Below are positions 12,991-27,090 of a DNA stretch of 64,000 nucleotides, one piece after another. Every line of letters begins with the position of its first letter. Position 1 is the stretch's first letter. Made by a program: the position numbers and the translations under genes. Origin of the DNA: Octopus vulgaris (Eukaryota); the NCBI GenBank assembly GCA_951406725.2, contig OX597818.1:133424001-133488000 (forward strand), given 5' to 3'. The notes under the pieces were generated by a model. That model was not told where the DNA came from, did no database searches, and was given only the letters and a program-made list of their open reading frames with translations.

Positions 12991-15900
12991 AACATTCCAC
13001 CCAAGACCATCCCATCTCCTTTTCAGGCTTGCTGAATTTATTACTATTATATCCGATGCATCCTTTTTTTCTTAAAAGAAGGTAAGTTTGAAGGACATTT
13101 GGCTGTAATTTCTAGCAGGTTAAGTGACCACATAAAGTTCATCATGCTGGTTCAATTTATAATGAATTATTTTGTTGCTGAACCCCATATCAGACCTATA
13201 GTCAAAAACCCATCCCAGTTGTAATTATCCCATTTTTGTCAGGCTTGCTACATCTAGCCCTACCTTGCCCTATATGGTTTAGGTGTTGTTGGTTAGTCTT
13301 AAGTCATCTGAGATGCAGCAGAATTATGATCAAAGATGTTCCAGTCATGACCATTCAGTTTTTTTAATATTTTTTGACACTAGTCCTTCTAGAATTACAT
13401 TATTCAATATGCTCTCCACTTCCTTTTTAAAACTGAGTGTGAACAGAGAAAGATTTAGTTATTATTTCTTGTAGGTCAAGTAACCTTATAGAAGCTATCT
13501 CACCAGCTCAACTTATTCTTAGTTATTAATAAAGGTTTCAGCTATGGATACAGAAGCATATCATAAAGAGAAATATTCAAGAAGGGTTGATAAGTTAAAC
13601 CATTATGTAATGTTCCAAATGTTTGCAAAAGTTAAATAGTTGTATTTAATTATTTTTTATCTTTTATTTTTTATTTTTATTTATCTTTTTTTTTTGTGCG
13701 GTACAATACACCATTCTTAAATTCTAGCTGACCTAATTAATTTTAATTTTCCCAAAAAACAAAGCCAGTTTTATTTACGATGTCTATGTCTTAAATTACA
13801 TATGTCTTTAACTATTCATCTTTTAATTACCTGCAGCAGGCATAGAAAAGAATACTACATGAAAAATAAACCAATATCTTTAATGGTATTGTTTTAAGGA
13901 TGAAAGAAAATGTATATCAAACAAATTATGTTCATTTACTTACTAATTTTTCACAAACTAATTAACAGTGTATTATTCTTATTTCCTATTTGTGCAGAAC
14001 TAACAACTTTTTACTTTATTTCAAAAGACACATCGAACTTTTCTAAAACTTTTCAAATTTTATTCCCTTCAAGCCATAAAATGAAAATATACTGCAAAAA
14101 GAAAAAAAAAACATATCTTTGTCCTATATTTCAATCAAACTACATTCAAAAGGATAATTAGTTGAGTAAATATGACATCATTTACAGTCAAAAATAACCT
14201 AAGAAATTCCAATACAAATCATCACAGCCATTTTAATTTTATTATATTTTGTTTATGTGAGTAATGATAAGACCTATAACATGTACTAGGTAAGGTAAGA
14301 AAAATATCAAGATAGAAAAAGATACACATGCACAAGCAGCCATACATATATGTATTTGCAATATTTTGTTTAGATCTGATGAATTTTTATAATCATGCTT
14401 TTGATAAGAGTGTACATAATGTTTACATTGAAAATAAACTCAAATCTGTCTTTCTGAACAATGATATACTAACGAAACCCAACCAAGTTTCTATTACAAA
14501 TTCAAATAAGAAGCAAAAAAATTTTTATAAATTATTATTCGTATTATATTCCACTTGGGTTTCATTTCATGATTTCAGCATTAAATTTTAATGAAAACTA
14601 TTTTTTTTAAAAAAAAGCAAAAAAGTTTACTTTATTAAAAAAAAATTATACTAGTAGTAAAAAGATGATAGTAGTTATGTAGTGAAAATAAAGGATAGGG
14701 AGTGTCAAACAGGACCTCACTGAGAGTAACATTTCCCAAAAGGAATTAAATGCAAAAGAAGTGAGTCCAGCTAATAATTAGCCATAGCAGAAGCTATGTG
14801 TCATCATCAAAGGCTGAATTTCAGTTAGCAAATGTCAGCACCCCTTTTGTATAGTTTTCATGTGTGACATCTGTACACTTGTAATTATCAACTGCACCAA
14901 TATGGTCATAAAAACTACTAAGCCTCAACTAGCCACTAATAGTAATTTCTGCGTTATTTGATAAAAAAAATTTTTTTTTCAAAGGATTGATTCACAATGT
15001 TTCAATTAAGTTAAATTCTGACGTTTACTATGCTGGGGCAATTTATGCTTTTCTCTCTCAACTTCTCCCCACCTTTCTCTCACTTTTCTCTCTCTATCTA
15101 GCCCACCCTTTTACTCTCAGCTTTGTACTCCCTCTTACAAAAGCATACAATTAACAATGTTAATATTGTAATATCTTCTTTTCACTCTTTCTCTATTTTT
15201 TTTTTTTATCTGCTGCTATCCTTTATTAGTGAAGCTTACTAAATTCTCTTCTGATTTCACTTAGCTATCAGTGTCTGCTGGTAATTCTGATATAATACCC
15301 TTGCTTTCTTTCTACATCAAATTTTCTAGGTGTGAAAATGCAATGATCAGTTATTTACAGATTAAGCATATGACTAATTATAGTCTAATCTAGCTAAAAA
15401 TTGTTGTTCATTTCTCTAGGATCTTATTATGCATTTAATTCTTCCAGTTTGGCATTGACTTAAATAGTCTCAATAACACCTTTTTTATTTCTTAACTGAC
15501 AAAACTAGTTAATCATTGACAATTCATGCTACACAATACATACTTCCACTATCATAGTTTTGGATTATATATTTCATTTACAAATTCAGTCATATGCTGA
15601 AACTGGTCTATTGTCTAGAATGTTGTTGATGATGATGATGTGTGTATAACTGTATCCCATTTGAACACCACAAAGATACTATTTTCATTTATCATATCTA
15701 GGACAAGTGAGTTTGGTGGAACCTATCTCTGTCAGCACTACAAGCAAATGAAATACTTGCCAATTATACAGAAATGTTGCTAATTCCAGTGGTAAGCTTT
15801 ATGGTCATGTGGTCCCATTTCTGTTTTCATTTTGAGCCCTCAAACTTATAAGGCTGGTTACCCAGTTCCATAATAAATAACTGATTGAGATCATAATATC

Positions 15901-16169
15901 TCCCACAATGGGATGCTGGTCCACTGCAAGGTTCAAAGCTAACAATTTTTGAGGGGAGGGAGCAAATCAATTGCATCAGCCCCAGTACTTGACAGGTACT
16001 TTATTTTATTGACTCAAAGAGATGAAAGATACAGTTGAACTTGGCAGGAATTGAATTCAGAATGTAAAAAGCTGAAAGAACTGCTGCTATGCATTTTGTC
16101 TGATGCGATAATCATTCCATCAACTTGCTGCCTTAATACCTATTTTCAAAAAGCTAAATGTCTCAGACT

Positions 16170-16860
16170 ACATTATTTACATTCAACAGATATTTGTCCT
16201 CATCTTGTTTGTTGTTAACACAATGTTTTTGCTGATATACCCTCCAGCCTTCTTCAGGTGTCTTGGGAAAATTTCAAATGTGGGTTCTCATTCCTAAGGT
16301 ATTTTTCGATGTTATTATTATGATTATTATTATTGTTATTGTTCAGGTCACTACTTGGAATTGAACTCGGAATCTTGGGGTTAGTAGCCTGCACTCTTAT
16401 CCACTATGCCATATGCCTGTGGGCAATTATGGAGAGAATTTTAGGGCTTATAAATCTGATATTTTTCTATCCTTCCTTAATACCGGTTCCCATATGCTGC
16501 TCATGTCTGCATTCAGTCTGCTTAGGAGGTTGTTGTGTCCTAGCATATGTGCTGCTTCTTTTAGTTTTCGTATTTTCCAGTGGTTTTCTCTGTCTATTAT
16601 TTTAACTTCATCCTACAGGGGGAGGTGGTCTCCATTTTTCCATACATGATCAGCTACATCCAATTTATCAATATCTCCTTATGTCACAGCTTTGCAATGT
16701 TCGTCTACCCTTATTCTAGTGGGGCAGCATGTTTCACCTTTGTATAATCTACCACACTGCATGGGATGGAGTACACGCAGTTCTTGGTCATATTCGCTTC
16801 TATTGGTGGTTTTACGCAAAGGAGATATTTGCAAAGTGTTGTATCTCCTTTGAGTAAAAA
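16170..16860 (-). mobile_element. Penelope-like element 3' fragment (GIY-YIG endonuclease, tRNA-like segment, hammerhead-containing end)
   Basis: Minus strand reads NCVYSIPCS, then after a frameshift GRLYKGET..RIRVDEH and RKLKEAAH (GIY-YIG motifs). These are followed by A/B boxes, (AAT)n and a hammerhead fold. Confidence 0.78.
16217..16262 (-). ncRNA. Decayed minimal type-I hammerhead ribozyme
   Basis: gacac CTGAAGA a ggctg...cagc(a) (a)AAA catt gtgtt. Stem I, stem II and CUGANGA are present, but G12 is mutated, so it is probably inactive. Confidence 0.6.
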
Positions 16861-16943
16861 TATCTCCTTTGTTTTAATTATGTTTTTGTTTTAAAATTTG
16901 AGATTACATAGACAGTATTCATTTATTATTATCATTATTATTG

Positions 16944-17004
<61 letters not shown>

Positions 17005-17189
17005 TATTATTATTATTATTATTATTGTTATTATTATTATCATTATTATCATTATTACTATTATTAAGGTGAAGGTGCATGGCTCAGTGGGTAGAGCATC
17101 AAGCTTACGATTGTGAGGTTGTGTGTTCGAATCACTATAATAGTTTCAGTATTAAAGTGAAACTATTAAAGTGAAAGCATCTGTCATTA

Positions 17190-17410
17190 CAATAGAGGGA
17201 TGTCTTTGTTTCACTTTTACCGCATAATACTGAAATAGTGGAGAAGATATGATATTGCCTTAGGCAAGAAGTTAAAATTTTTTTTTGCTCATGACACTAC
17301 ATGGACCTTAAGTAAGGCATGTGTTAAATTTGAATGAAATTGGTGGTGTAGTTCTCAAGTTTTAGGGATTCACACATACAGACACACATTCTCAGTTTTA
17401 TATATATAGA
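17190..17410 (-). mobile_element. Helitron 5' fragment
   Basis: Minus strand begins a|TCTATATATATAAAACTGAGAATGTGTGTCTG; the 3' end is not found. Confidence 0.5.
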
Positions 17411-19703
17411 TTGTAGTAGACATGTAAAAGCAGGGATAGAGTGAAACAAACATTTCGATCAGTCCAAATATGTTCGGGACATATATTTACTGTACAAAGG
17501 CTATAATCACTGTTGTTTTGCCATTGAGAATAATTCTCACCTTAGGTAATAAATGTTAAAAAAAACACTAACAATCATTTCAAGCACCCTTTAGTGGAGT
17601 GGTGAACGCATTTCTTCCTTCTCGGCTATCATTAGCATCATGTTTTGATACTGATTTACTATAAAGAAATTAAGGCTCCAAAGTCATTTCAGGGTTGTCT
17701 CTCTTACAGTACATGTAAGTACAGTACATGATAACTAAGAAGCTAGAAATGCATTCACTGCTGCTCTGCCAGAGGGCACCTTGAGATGACTGTCATTTTT
17801 TCACATATATATAATTTACTTTTTCCAGAAGTTTCTGACAAATCAAAGATGCATTGATGTTAGAAGTATAATTGATATGTATACAAGATTGAAAGTTTTC
17901 TTTATAAATAAATAGTAAAATGATTTTTGTAACAAAGTTAAACTGATGTTTAAATATTTTGCTGTCTCTTAATATTCTGTTCTACAGAAAAAAAAAACAT
18001 AATTTTCAAAGGATCACCTAATTGTAATGAAGCATTGGTAATTATTCAGGTACTAATATGAACATCACACACACATACACACACACACACAAACTTTGCC
18101 ATCCCAATAATTTATATTATCAAAACAGAAATTAAAAAAACGGTCTTTTAAATATCATTTAGAAATGTGTGATACACATTTCAGATCCTATCAACCAAAT
18201 TACACCATCCATTCACTCAAACAGGTATTATTTCATTGAAAAAAAATCTAACATTGTGAAATAGAATATGAAACAAAATAAAAACAGAAAGAAAAGTACA
18301 GGTAGAGTCTCCCTTGAGAGATTATGTCCAGTTGCGTTCAGACAAAACTCATGCCAACATTTCTATCTGTATTCAAAAGGCAAATTTCTCTATAACCCTC
18401 TATGCAGTCAGGCAGCTCACCAAACTTTTATTCCCATGAAAACCATTAGTCATCTAGCCATTTCAGGCAAATAGCAACAAATCTTCAGATATCCCCCACT
18501 AACACACACACAAACACACACACTCACACAAACACACAGACGTGTACAAGCACACTTTTATTGATAATTTAATTTCAATTGTGACGAAACTGGAAAAAGA
18601 ACAATAAAAATAAATCTGAGTAAGAGAAGAACAGAATTTGATGGAAGCGGCAGATATGCAGATATCTTACAGTTGATAATTGAAAAACAAGTTGCAAGAG
18701 AGAATTCTTGCAGCTTTTGTTTTCTAAAGAATATATAAATAAATAGCTAGCTAGATAAATAAATAAAAAATAGAGAATTTAAATCCACTGTCCAGTTAAA
18801 ATTTGATGAAAGTAATATTTATTGTGAGATGCTAAATTTTAATGATGTATATAAGTTGTCATCTTGTTATGAGTGTGTATGAAAGGAATATTGATAATGA
18901 GATTATCCTGATTGATATAAGTAGAACTAAATTATCACATTTGACAAATATGACATGTTAAATTACCATACTACATCCCAATGTTAGATTCTATGTATGG
19001 GCTAGCAAATGAAATAAAAATTCATCAGTGTCAAAATAAGGTTTTGTTTGTTTTTGCTTTAACAACAACAACAGCAACAACAATAATAATAATAATAATC
19101 ACAATGATAATAATGAATGTAAGAAGATGTTAGGGTTTATAAAATTAGTTTGATTGCCTTTTATCTGGAATACAATCAAAAATGTATGTTATGAGGAAAC
19201 ACACTGATTTGAGTTGCAAAGATAAAAACGGGGGGGGGGGGGAACAACCAACCAAAAATAATAGAAAAAGAAACAAAAATGAAGCAAACAATACAAACAA
19301 ATATGTAATTTGTAAACCTCCTTATGTTTATTTTATTGCTACTATAGTTGTTAACATTTGTTTATTCAGGCCAGTGAGAGTTAAGTGGATTATTGCAAAG
19401 GAAAATACAGGTTGTCTCATTAAATTGGTAGAGGTAGTTTGGCGGTAAGGTATATATAAGAGCACGGCATTGGAGAATGTTCCTTTCTTTTCTCTTGTTG
19501 CTTACATTTGCAGAATATTGAAGTAAACATAATGTAAAGCAAACTGGACAGCTTGTTTTAATAATACTTAAGAGTATAACAAATCTTTATTAAAAATACA
19601 CAAATCTATTAAATTACTTTTAGACTAGTTTGTTTAATATAATATAATATAAAAATGAATATAATATAATATACATAGGAATGTGTATAAAGATAAACAC
19701 TCT

Positions 19704-19739
<36 letters not shown>

Positions 19740-19873
19740 GAGTATGTACAGACATAATATATTCATATACTAATGTGCATAAACACATCTATATGTATAC
19801 AGTGTATGCATATTTATATAGATTAACATATAAATGTACACACACACATATATATGTACGTGTGCATATGTGC

Positions 19874-19916
<43 letters not shown>

Positions 19917-20773
19917 CACACACACATATACATACATATATAAATACAATGTATATAAGCATAATGCAATATATACATGCATGCATGTATATATATATAA
20001 CACACACATACACCTATATATATGCTTACACATATACTTATACATGTATATGAATGTGTCTTCTAAATTAGGAATTTCTACTCTAAATTAATAAGTAACA
20101 TACATATATTTATTTTCCTTTATTTGCTTTTTAAAAAACCATGCATATTTTGCATAGGGTAAACAGAAGCTCTTATCCAATTTGAATGCTTCAAAATTGA
20201 ATATAACACTTTCTAAATTACTTATTTCTAAATAGCTGACTTCAGCTCCATTGTACATACCAGCAGCAAAATAAAGTTAACTGAGAAGTTCTAATGAATT
20301 TAAACCCTGTTATTTTATAAATTACATTCTTCACACATGAATTTCTTATGTTTTCAGAATTGATTCTATCTTTTAAACAGTTTAGTCTTATCACATTGAT
20401 TAGCATCAGACAGATAACCAAATTTAATTTTAGCTTTGAACAAAGAATTATTCTTCCTCTCTTTCTTTTTCTCCCCTGCTTTCTCTTTATCTCCCTACTT
20501 CCTTTTTCTCTATTATGCTTTTGCTTTGCTATACTGTCATATCCAATTCTTTTACTTTATTCTTTTATGGCTTATCTGTTGTCAACTAATGAAATGAATG
20601 AACTACTTGCCATTTTTATTATCACAGGTATTCATCAATGGGTGATTTGCTGTACTGACTTTATAGATGAGACCAGTTAAGCCAAATGGACCCAACAGTA
20701 CTGTTGCCTACACTCTAAAGGGGAAGCTGAATTCACCAAAGCAAGCCAAGAAAACACTTAATATTTGGTTTAA

Positions 20774-20995
20774 CCCTTTCGTTACTGTATTTATTTTGAG
20801 ATGCTCTCTGTTTCTTTCAATTAATTTTAAATATAACAAATAATTTAGTAAAATAACTTAGTTATCATTCAGCTAGTATTAGGAATATAAATTGCTACTA
20901 AGGTTTAGTGGTATATTTTGATGCAAAACTTATGAAAACAAGACATTTGTACTACAGAGCCAGAGCCAGTTTTGGCCGGGTTGGTAACAAAAGGG
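20774..20995. mobile_element. piggyBac-type MITE, second family
   Basis: ttaa|ccctttcgttac ... gtaacaaaaggg|ttaa. Confidence 0.85.
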
Positions 20996-21990
20996 TTAAT
21001 GCTGGTTACCTAATTGCACCTAGATGAGCTGGACCACTGAAAGTATGTGTTCTGGCTATAAGCAAAGTGCAATGCTTGCAGCTGAATATGAACTTTTCAT
21101 GCTCTGGTAAATTGACCAATATATTTTCAACTTATTTCTTAGCCAAAGGAAGAAGAGAAGCACTCATTCCATTTGTCAGCACCACTTGTCAAACTGGTGG
21201 GAGGAAGGTTAGAAGTTGTCTTCAGCCTGCAGACCTGGTTTGAATGCTTGTTTCAGAATCAACATTGCTAAAGTTACCCAAAGATAAAAATGGTATGGTT
21301 AGACAATGTAACTAAGTAAATCTACCACCCAAATACAAGATATTCTTATATTTGGGTGGTAGATTTACTTAGTCCCTTCAACAAGCGGCCAAATTTTACT
21401 CATGAGTCTTTGACTTTCTTGGGCTATAAGAAACAATAGACATTACATTGAGATTGAAACCAAAACCATGTGTTTGTAAAGCAAACTTCTTGTAGACAAT
21501 CATGCCTGTACACTTGGCTGTTTGCAACTTTCTAATTGTTTTCTAATAGGCAAAACTGAAATACTGTCCCAATTTTTTGGGCTCTTAGAATAATATTCGT
21601 TATATGTAGCTTCGAATTATTAACCCAGATGCCTGGTGTTAACATTGAAAAACAATAATCCATCGTTTTAAAATTTTAAAGTTTACAAAGAATTTATATT
21701 GAAGGAATCCTGTGATTTTATTTTTAATTTATACAATTTTTTGTATTTACTTTTCAAAACTGAACAAAACAGTATGCTTACAGATGATTTAAGATGTCTG
21801 TTTCTGACCATAGAATTAAACTTATTTATTTATCAGGCATGGGATACTACTAATTGTCATCACCATCACCATCATTATCTTTATCATCCTCATTGTCATT
21901 GCTAAATTCAGCTTTATCATTAATATATTCTCCACTACCATTGAATTTAAACACCATACATACCCTCCTACTCAACCCCACAGAACTTTT

Positions 21991-22021
<31 letters not shown>

Positions 22022-22975
22022 TTTTGAAAGTTTCTGGAATTTCTTTAAAGAAAATCTTGCAATTTTTTTTTTTTTTTTTCAACTTTTGATATTTCAATTA
22101 ATTTCTGTCTTTAATTGGGTAAAGATCTAAGAGAAGGGTCTTGTAATTAGTACTTGTGAAGTGAATTGACCATTGACATGAAATTATGGTGAATTACTGA
22201 CAAGTACCGATTAGATAAATAAGCAATTAATCCATCATTTAACTGAATGCATAATTATAAAGGATCTACAAAATCAGAAGAAGGAAAGAGATTTGAAACG
22301 GTCTCATCTCCTCTATTCTTTTCCTTTCATTTTCTTCATCTTTTCTTTCTTCTCCTTTTGCATTTTTCCACTTCCAAGTTCTACATACATTTTAGATCTA
22401 GTGCTATAACTAGATGACAGTTAAAGAATACAGGTAATCACTATATTCTAAACAAACATCCGCACTCTGACAAGATCAAGAATCTATAGAATCTATTTCA
22501 TGTCAACTATAGAGAAAACAAAAAAAACCCAAACAAGTCATTATGACATTTTTTTTTTAAGACCAGCTTCTCATCATTGTTCTTTTTTTCTATATGTAGA
22601 GGTGGATGAATTTTTTCAAGTGTTAATTAGAATATTTTTTACTACGAGTACATTTTTTTTTTAATTAAAGAGTGAAATAAAACCTAAAATCATAGCAAAC
22701 ATCTGTTTTCATTTTTGTTGTATCTGTTCTTTCTTTCTTTTTTTTTTTGTTTTTTAGCTAACAAATTTTGTATTAGTTAACTGTGCCAGCTATGAGAAAT
22801 AATACTATGGATTTATTGTCATTCTATTCCTGCCCTTCCAGCAACTTCTTCCTTCATCTTTCATATGTGGAATGTGTGCAGCAGTTGTATAGCAATCATA
22901 ATAACAATAAAAAAAATATCCTTTATATTGATGAGTTAAGATCACCATATTGTTCATGTATTTCAGTGATATATG

Positions 22976-23053
<78 letters not shown>

Positions 23054-23793
23054 CTGAACTACAGAAGAAATGTCACACTGGTAAAGATTATTTGCTTCGC
23101 AAACAATATTGAGATTTTATTACATTTCTAGGTCATTTGACATCAGGAAGATGTCACCACAACACTATGCAATGTGCATGTAGGATTCGAACTCACTTAC
23201 CCTTTGTGAACATGGTAATGCTTGTGAACACATCTTTAGGAAAAGCATGGTGCACATGCAAAACATCGGCTCATCGGGTATAAAAGGCACCCAAATTTAC
23301 CAACCTGTCATTCATTTCCTGAATGCAGCAAGCATGCCAAGACTGACATGAAATCAGAGGGAGCAAGCTATCGGACGTCTCCATGCTGGTCAATGTCCAT
23401 GGGTCATTGCTATTGACTTGAACTGCAGTATTTGGACAATTGAGCAGCTGAGGGGACGATACAATGCCACAAACAGCACAAATGATCATCAACACAGTGG
23501 CTAACCGAGGGTTACAACAGCAAGTCAAGATCATCCTCTGCATCGACAGCACTAGCAGGACCAATTCTGGATGGCAATGGGGTCAGCTAGGCAGACCATA
23601 GGGAATCACCACAGACCCATTTGTGCAGGGACAGTTCACCACCGGCTGAGATCTTTCAGTCTGTCTTGTTGATGGGGCCCCATCCTCACAGATCATCATC
23701 GATGGGCATGTCTGCAGTGGGCTCAAAAAGGTCAGAACTGGCGATATCAGCAGTGGAGGACTGTAGCTCTTCTCTGACGAAAGTCGAAATTAC

Positions 23794-24027
23794 AAGGCGG
23801 CGAGCTGGCAGAAACGTTAGCACGCCGGGCAAAATGCATAGCCATATTTCGTCTGCCAATACGTTCTGAGTTCAAATTCCGCCGAGGTCGACTTTGCCTT
23901 TCATCCTTTCAGGGTCGATAAATTAAGTACCAGTTACGCACTGGGGTCGATGTAATCGACTTAATCCGTTTGTCTGTCCTTGTTTGTCCTCTCTGTGTTT
24001 AGCCCCTTGTGGGTAGTAAAGAAATAG
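23794..24027 (+). mobile_element. SINE (family B) inserted in the Tc1 transposase
   Basis: aaggcggcgagctggcagaa head, B-box-like gagttcaaattcc, core gcctttcatcctttc.gggtcgataaattaagtacc; near-identical to 34499-34729. Confidence 0.88.
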
Positions 24028-24531
24028 ATATTGCATTTCTGAGACAGATGGCAGAGATAGGGTTTGGAGAAGAAGGGGTGAATGTCCTGCCAATGGCTGC
24101 ATGGTGAAGAGAGACTCATGGGGAGGACAGAGCATCATGATATGGTGTGGGATTGCACTCAACCAGAAACTTGGACTGGTGGTCCTCCAAAACATCAGCC
24201 GAGGCCGGGGCAATGGAGTAACTGCTGCTTGTGTCATCGGAATCACATGTTCCAACATGACAATGCCCATGCCCATACTGGTTGCCAACAGACTTCCTCC
24301 AACAGCACAATATTCAGAAACTGTCATGGCCTGTCCTAAGTCTGGACTTGAACCCCATGGAGCACTCATGGGACGAAATCCAAAGAAGGCTAAATGACAT
24401 CCATCCAAGGCTGACAACTGCATCACAACTCGCTACATGTTTTAACAGAGTGTGGGCTGCCATCCCTATGTCTTTCATCAATCGTTTGGTGCATTCAATG
24501 TACAGATGATGCCTGGTGGTAATCAATGCTA

Positions 24532-24720
24532 GTTAAGTTAAGTTAAGTTAATTTTTTGGCTCAAACAGCAAAAAACAAGGCCATGTAGGGGGACATGGAG
24601 TTATGTACGGGGTGGTGTTCATGCAAAGAGTTCAGGCCATTTGTGGTCAAGGGAGACTTTGAACCGAGCAGTCGTCGGCATCTTCACTATCTTGTCCGGC
24701 AGCTTATTCCACGGATCAAC
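24532..24720 (-). mobile_element. CR1/L2-type LINE 3' fragment with (TTAAC)n tail, inside Tc1
   Basis: Minus-strand DPWNKLPDKIVKMPTTARFKVSLD is a typical CR1/L2 C-terminus; pentanucleotide tail at 24532-24551. Confidence 0.75.
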
Positions 24721-25021
24721 AGTGGTCACACAAGACATTGAATTCCTCTCTTTGGATCCAGGACACTCTGTCACCACACAACACCATGTGACATCAAACA
24801 TGTTTTAGGAAATGATGTTTTATCATTAGGAAAGAACGGTTTCTTAATTAGCACTCTTCAATCAATGCTATGGCAGTCTGTTAATAAACTGGTTTCTATT
24901 TAGTGTGTGACGTTGCTTTTGTGGTTCAGTTTGTGTGTGTGTGTGTTAAGAAGCATTAGCTTCTATAACAGCTCCAAGTGTTTGCGACAATATATTTAAT
25001 TCAGCCAGAAATGTAATTTAA

Positions 25022-25240
25022 CCCTTTAGCATTTAAACCGGCCATATCCGGCCAAAAGTATTCTGCCTGTATTATGTTCAAACTGGCCAGATCTGGTCTC
25101 TCACACCAACCCTACAATGTCATTTTAAAAATTAACAGCTACCTCATCAAAATCTCAGTTACAAGATAATGCATGATTAGTTCAAAACAATGTGGATAAA
25201 AAAGCATTAATTTGGGTAGAATAATGCAAACACTAAAGAG
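25022..25240. mobile_element. piggyBac-type MITE
   Basis: ttaa|ccctttagc ... actaaagag|ttaa; near-identical to 46051-46271. Confidence 0.85.
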
Positions 25241-25534
25241 TTAAGGAACAACTGGTAAAACTGATTTCCATCAAAAAAAGATAAATAAATTTACATAGGT
25301 AAACAATTTTACATAAGTAAAAATAATAGGAAAAATGTCAAACATATTGAGCATTCTGTCATTTATGTATTTTGTCATAATAAATTTGACTGTAAGTTTA
25401 TAGTACATGCTGATTGTAGAAGATAAGAAACTATTTGATCATACCTGATAAGAAAGACTAGCATATGACTTAAGAAGTAACATTCAAAATAAGATGATTG
25501 TACTTCAGATTAGTTCATCCCATGACAATATATG

Positions 25535-25602
<68 letters not shown>

Positions 25603-25760
25603 TAGCATACATAATATAGTCAAATCAAATAAATGAACATAAACAGTAACAAACAACAAGAGGATGTGCACGTGGAATGTATTAGCTTGACGCTCAGTAT
25701 TATATATGTGTATGTGTGTGTGTGTGTAGATATTATATATATATATATATATGAATATAT

Positions 25761-26153
25761 CTCTTTTACTCTTTTTACTTGTTTCAGTCATTTGACTGCG
25801 GCCATGCTGGAGCACCACCTTTAGTCGAGCAACTCGACCCCAGGACTTATTCTATTGGTCTCTTTTTGCCGAACTGCTAAGTGACAGGGACATATGCACA
25901 CCAGCATCAGTTGTCAAGCAATGCTAGGGGGACAAACACAGACACACAAACATACACGCACATACATACACATATATATATACATATATACGATGGGCTT
26001 CTTTCAGTTTCCGTCTACCAAATCCACTCACAAGGCTTTGGTCAGCCCGAGGCTATAGTAGAAGACACTTGCCCAAGGTGCCATGCAGTGGGACTGAACC
26101 CGGAACCATGTGGTTGGTAAGCAAGCTACTTACCACACAGCCACTCCTGCGCC
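25761..26153 (-). mobile_element. tRNA-derived SINE (family C, internal AT/GT microsatellite)
   Basis: Head ggcgcaggagtggctgtgtggtaag...gggttcagtccc; tail ccagcatggccgcagtcaaatgactgaaacaagtaaaa. Confidence 0.88.
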
Positions 26154-26691
26154 TATATATATATGAATATATATATATATATATATATCATCATTATCAT
26201 CATTATCATCACTTAACGTCCGTTTTCCATGCTGGCATGGGTTGAATGGCTTGATATGGAGCTGGCTAGCTGGGAGCTGTCCAGCTTCCAATTGTCTGTT
26301 AAAGCATGATTTCTATTGCTGGACACCCTTCCTAATGCCAACCACTTAACAGAGTGTGTTGGGTGCTTTCTTTGTGCCACTAGCATGGGTGTGCTTATGC
26401 ATCACTTGCATGGGTGTGTTTACGCAGCACCGGCACGAGTGTGTTTATGTAGAACCAGCGCAGATGCTTTTTACCTGGCACCGGCACCTAAGAGGACAAG
26501 CCTGTATGTGTGGAAGACAATGATTTTACTTAGCTTGGCAAGTCTTATCAAGTACAGCAAATCGCCTTATATACATGAATACCCGGTCCCTTATATACAT
26601 GAACTTGCATGTGGATTAGACTTTGAACTCAGCATATATGGATAGTGATGAAAACAGCAAAATGGTAAGAATGTAGGTAAGTAGAGCATAC

Positions 26692-27090
26692 GTGTGCGGA
26701 GTGGCTGTGTGGTAAGTAGCTTGCTTATGAACTACATGGTTCCGGGTTCAGTCCCACTGCGTGGCATCTTGGGCAAATGTCTTCTACTATAACCTCGGGC
26801 CGACCAAAGCTTTGTGAGTGGATTTGGTAGACGAAAACTGAAAGAAGCCTGTCGTATGTATGTATATATATATGTATGTGTGTGTGTTTGTGTGTCTGTG
26901 TTTGTCCCCCTAGCATTGCTTGACAACCGATGCTGGTGTGTTTACGTCCCCGTCACTTAGCGGTTCGGCAAAAAGAGACCGATAGAATAAGTACTGGGCT
27001 TACAAAGAATAAGTCCCGGGGTCGATTTGCTCGACTAAAGGCGGTGCTCCAGCATGGCCGCAGTCAAATGACTGAAACAAGTAAAAGAGA
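26692..27090 (+). mobile_element. tRNA-derived SINE (family C)
   Basis: Same head and tail as 25761-26153, opposite orientation. Confidence 0.9.

Larger units (their letters stand above)
23052..24930 (+). mobile_element. Decayed full-length Tc1-family transposon with nested insertions
   Basis: Imperfect TIRs (actgaactacagaagaaatgtcacac / gtgtgacgttgcttttgtggttcagt) next to a TA repeat. Transposase remnants SDESR, SIMIWCGIA, FQHDNAHAHT, WPVLSLDLNPMEHSWD (consensus WPxxSPDLNPIE). Confidence 0.88.
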
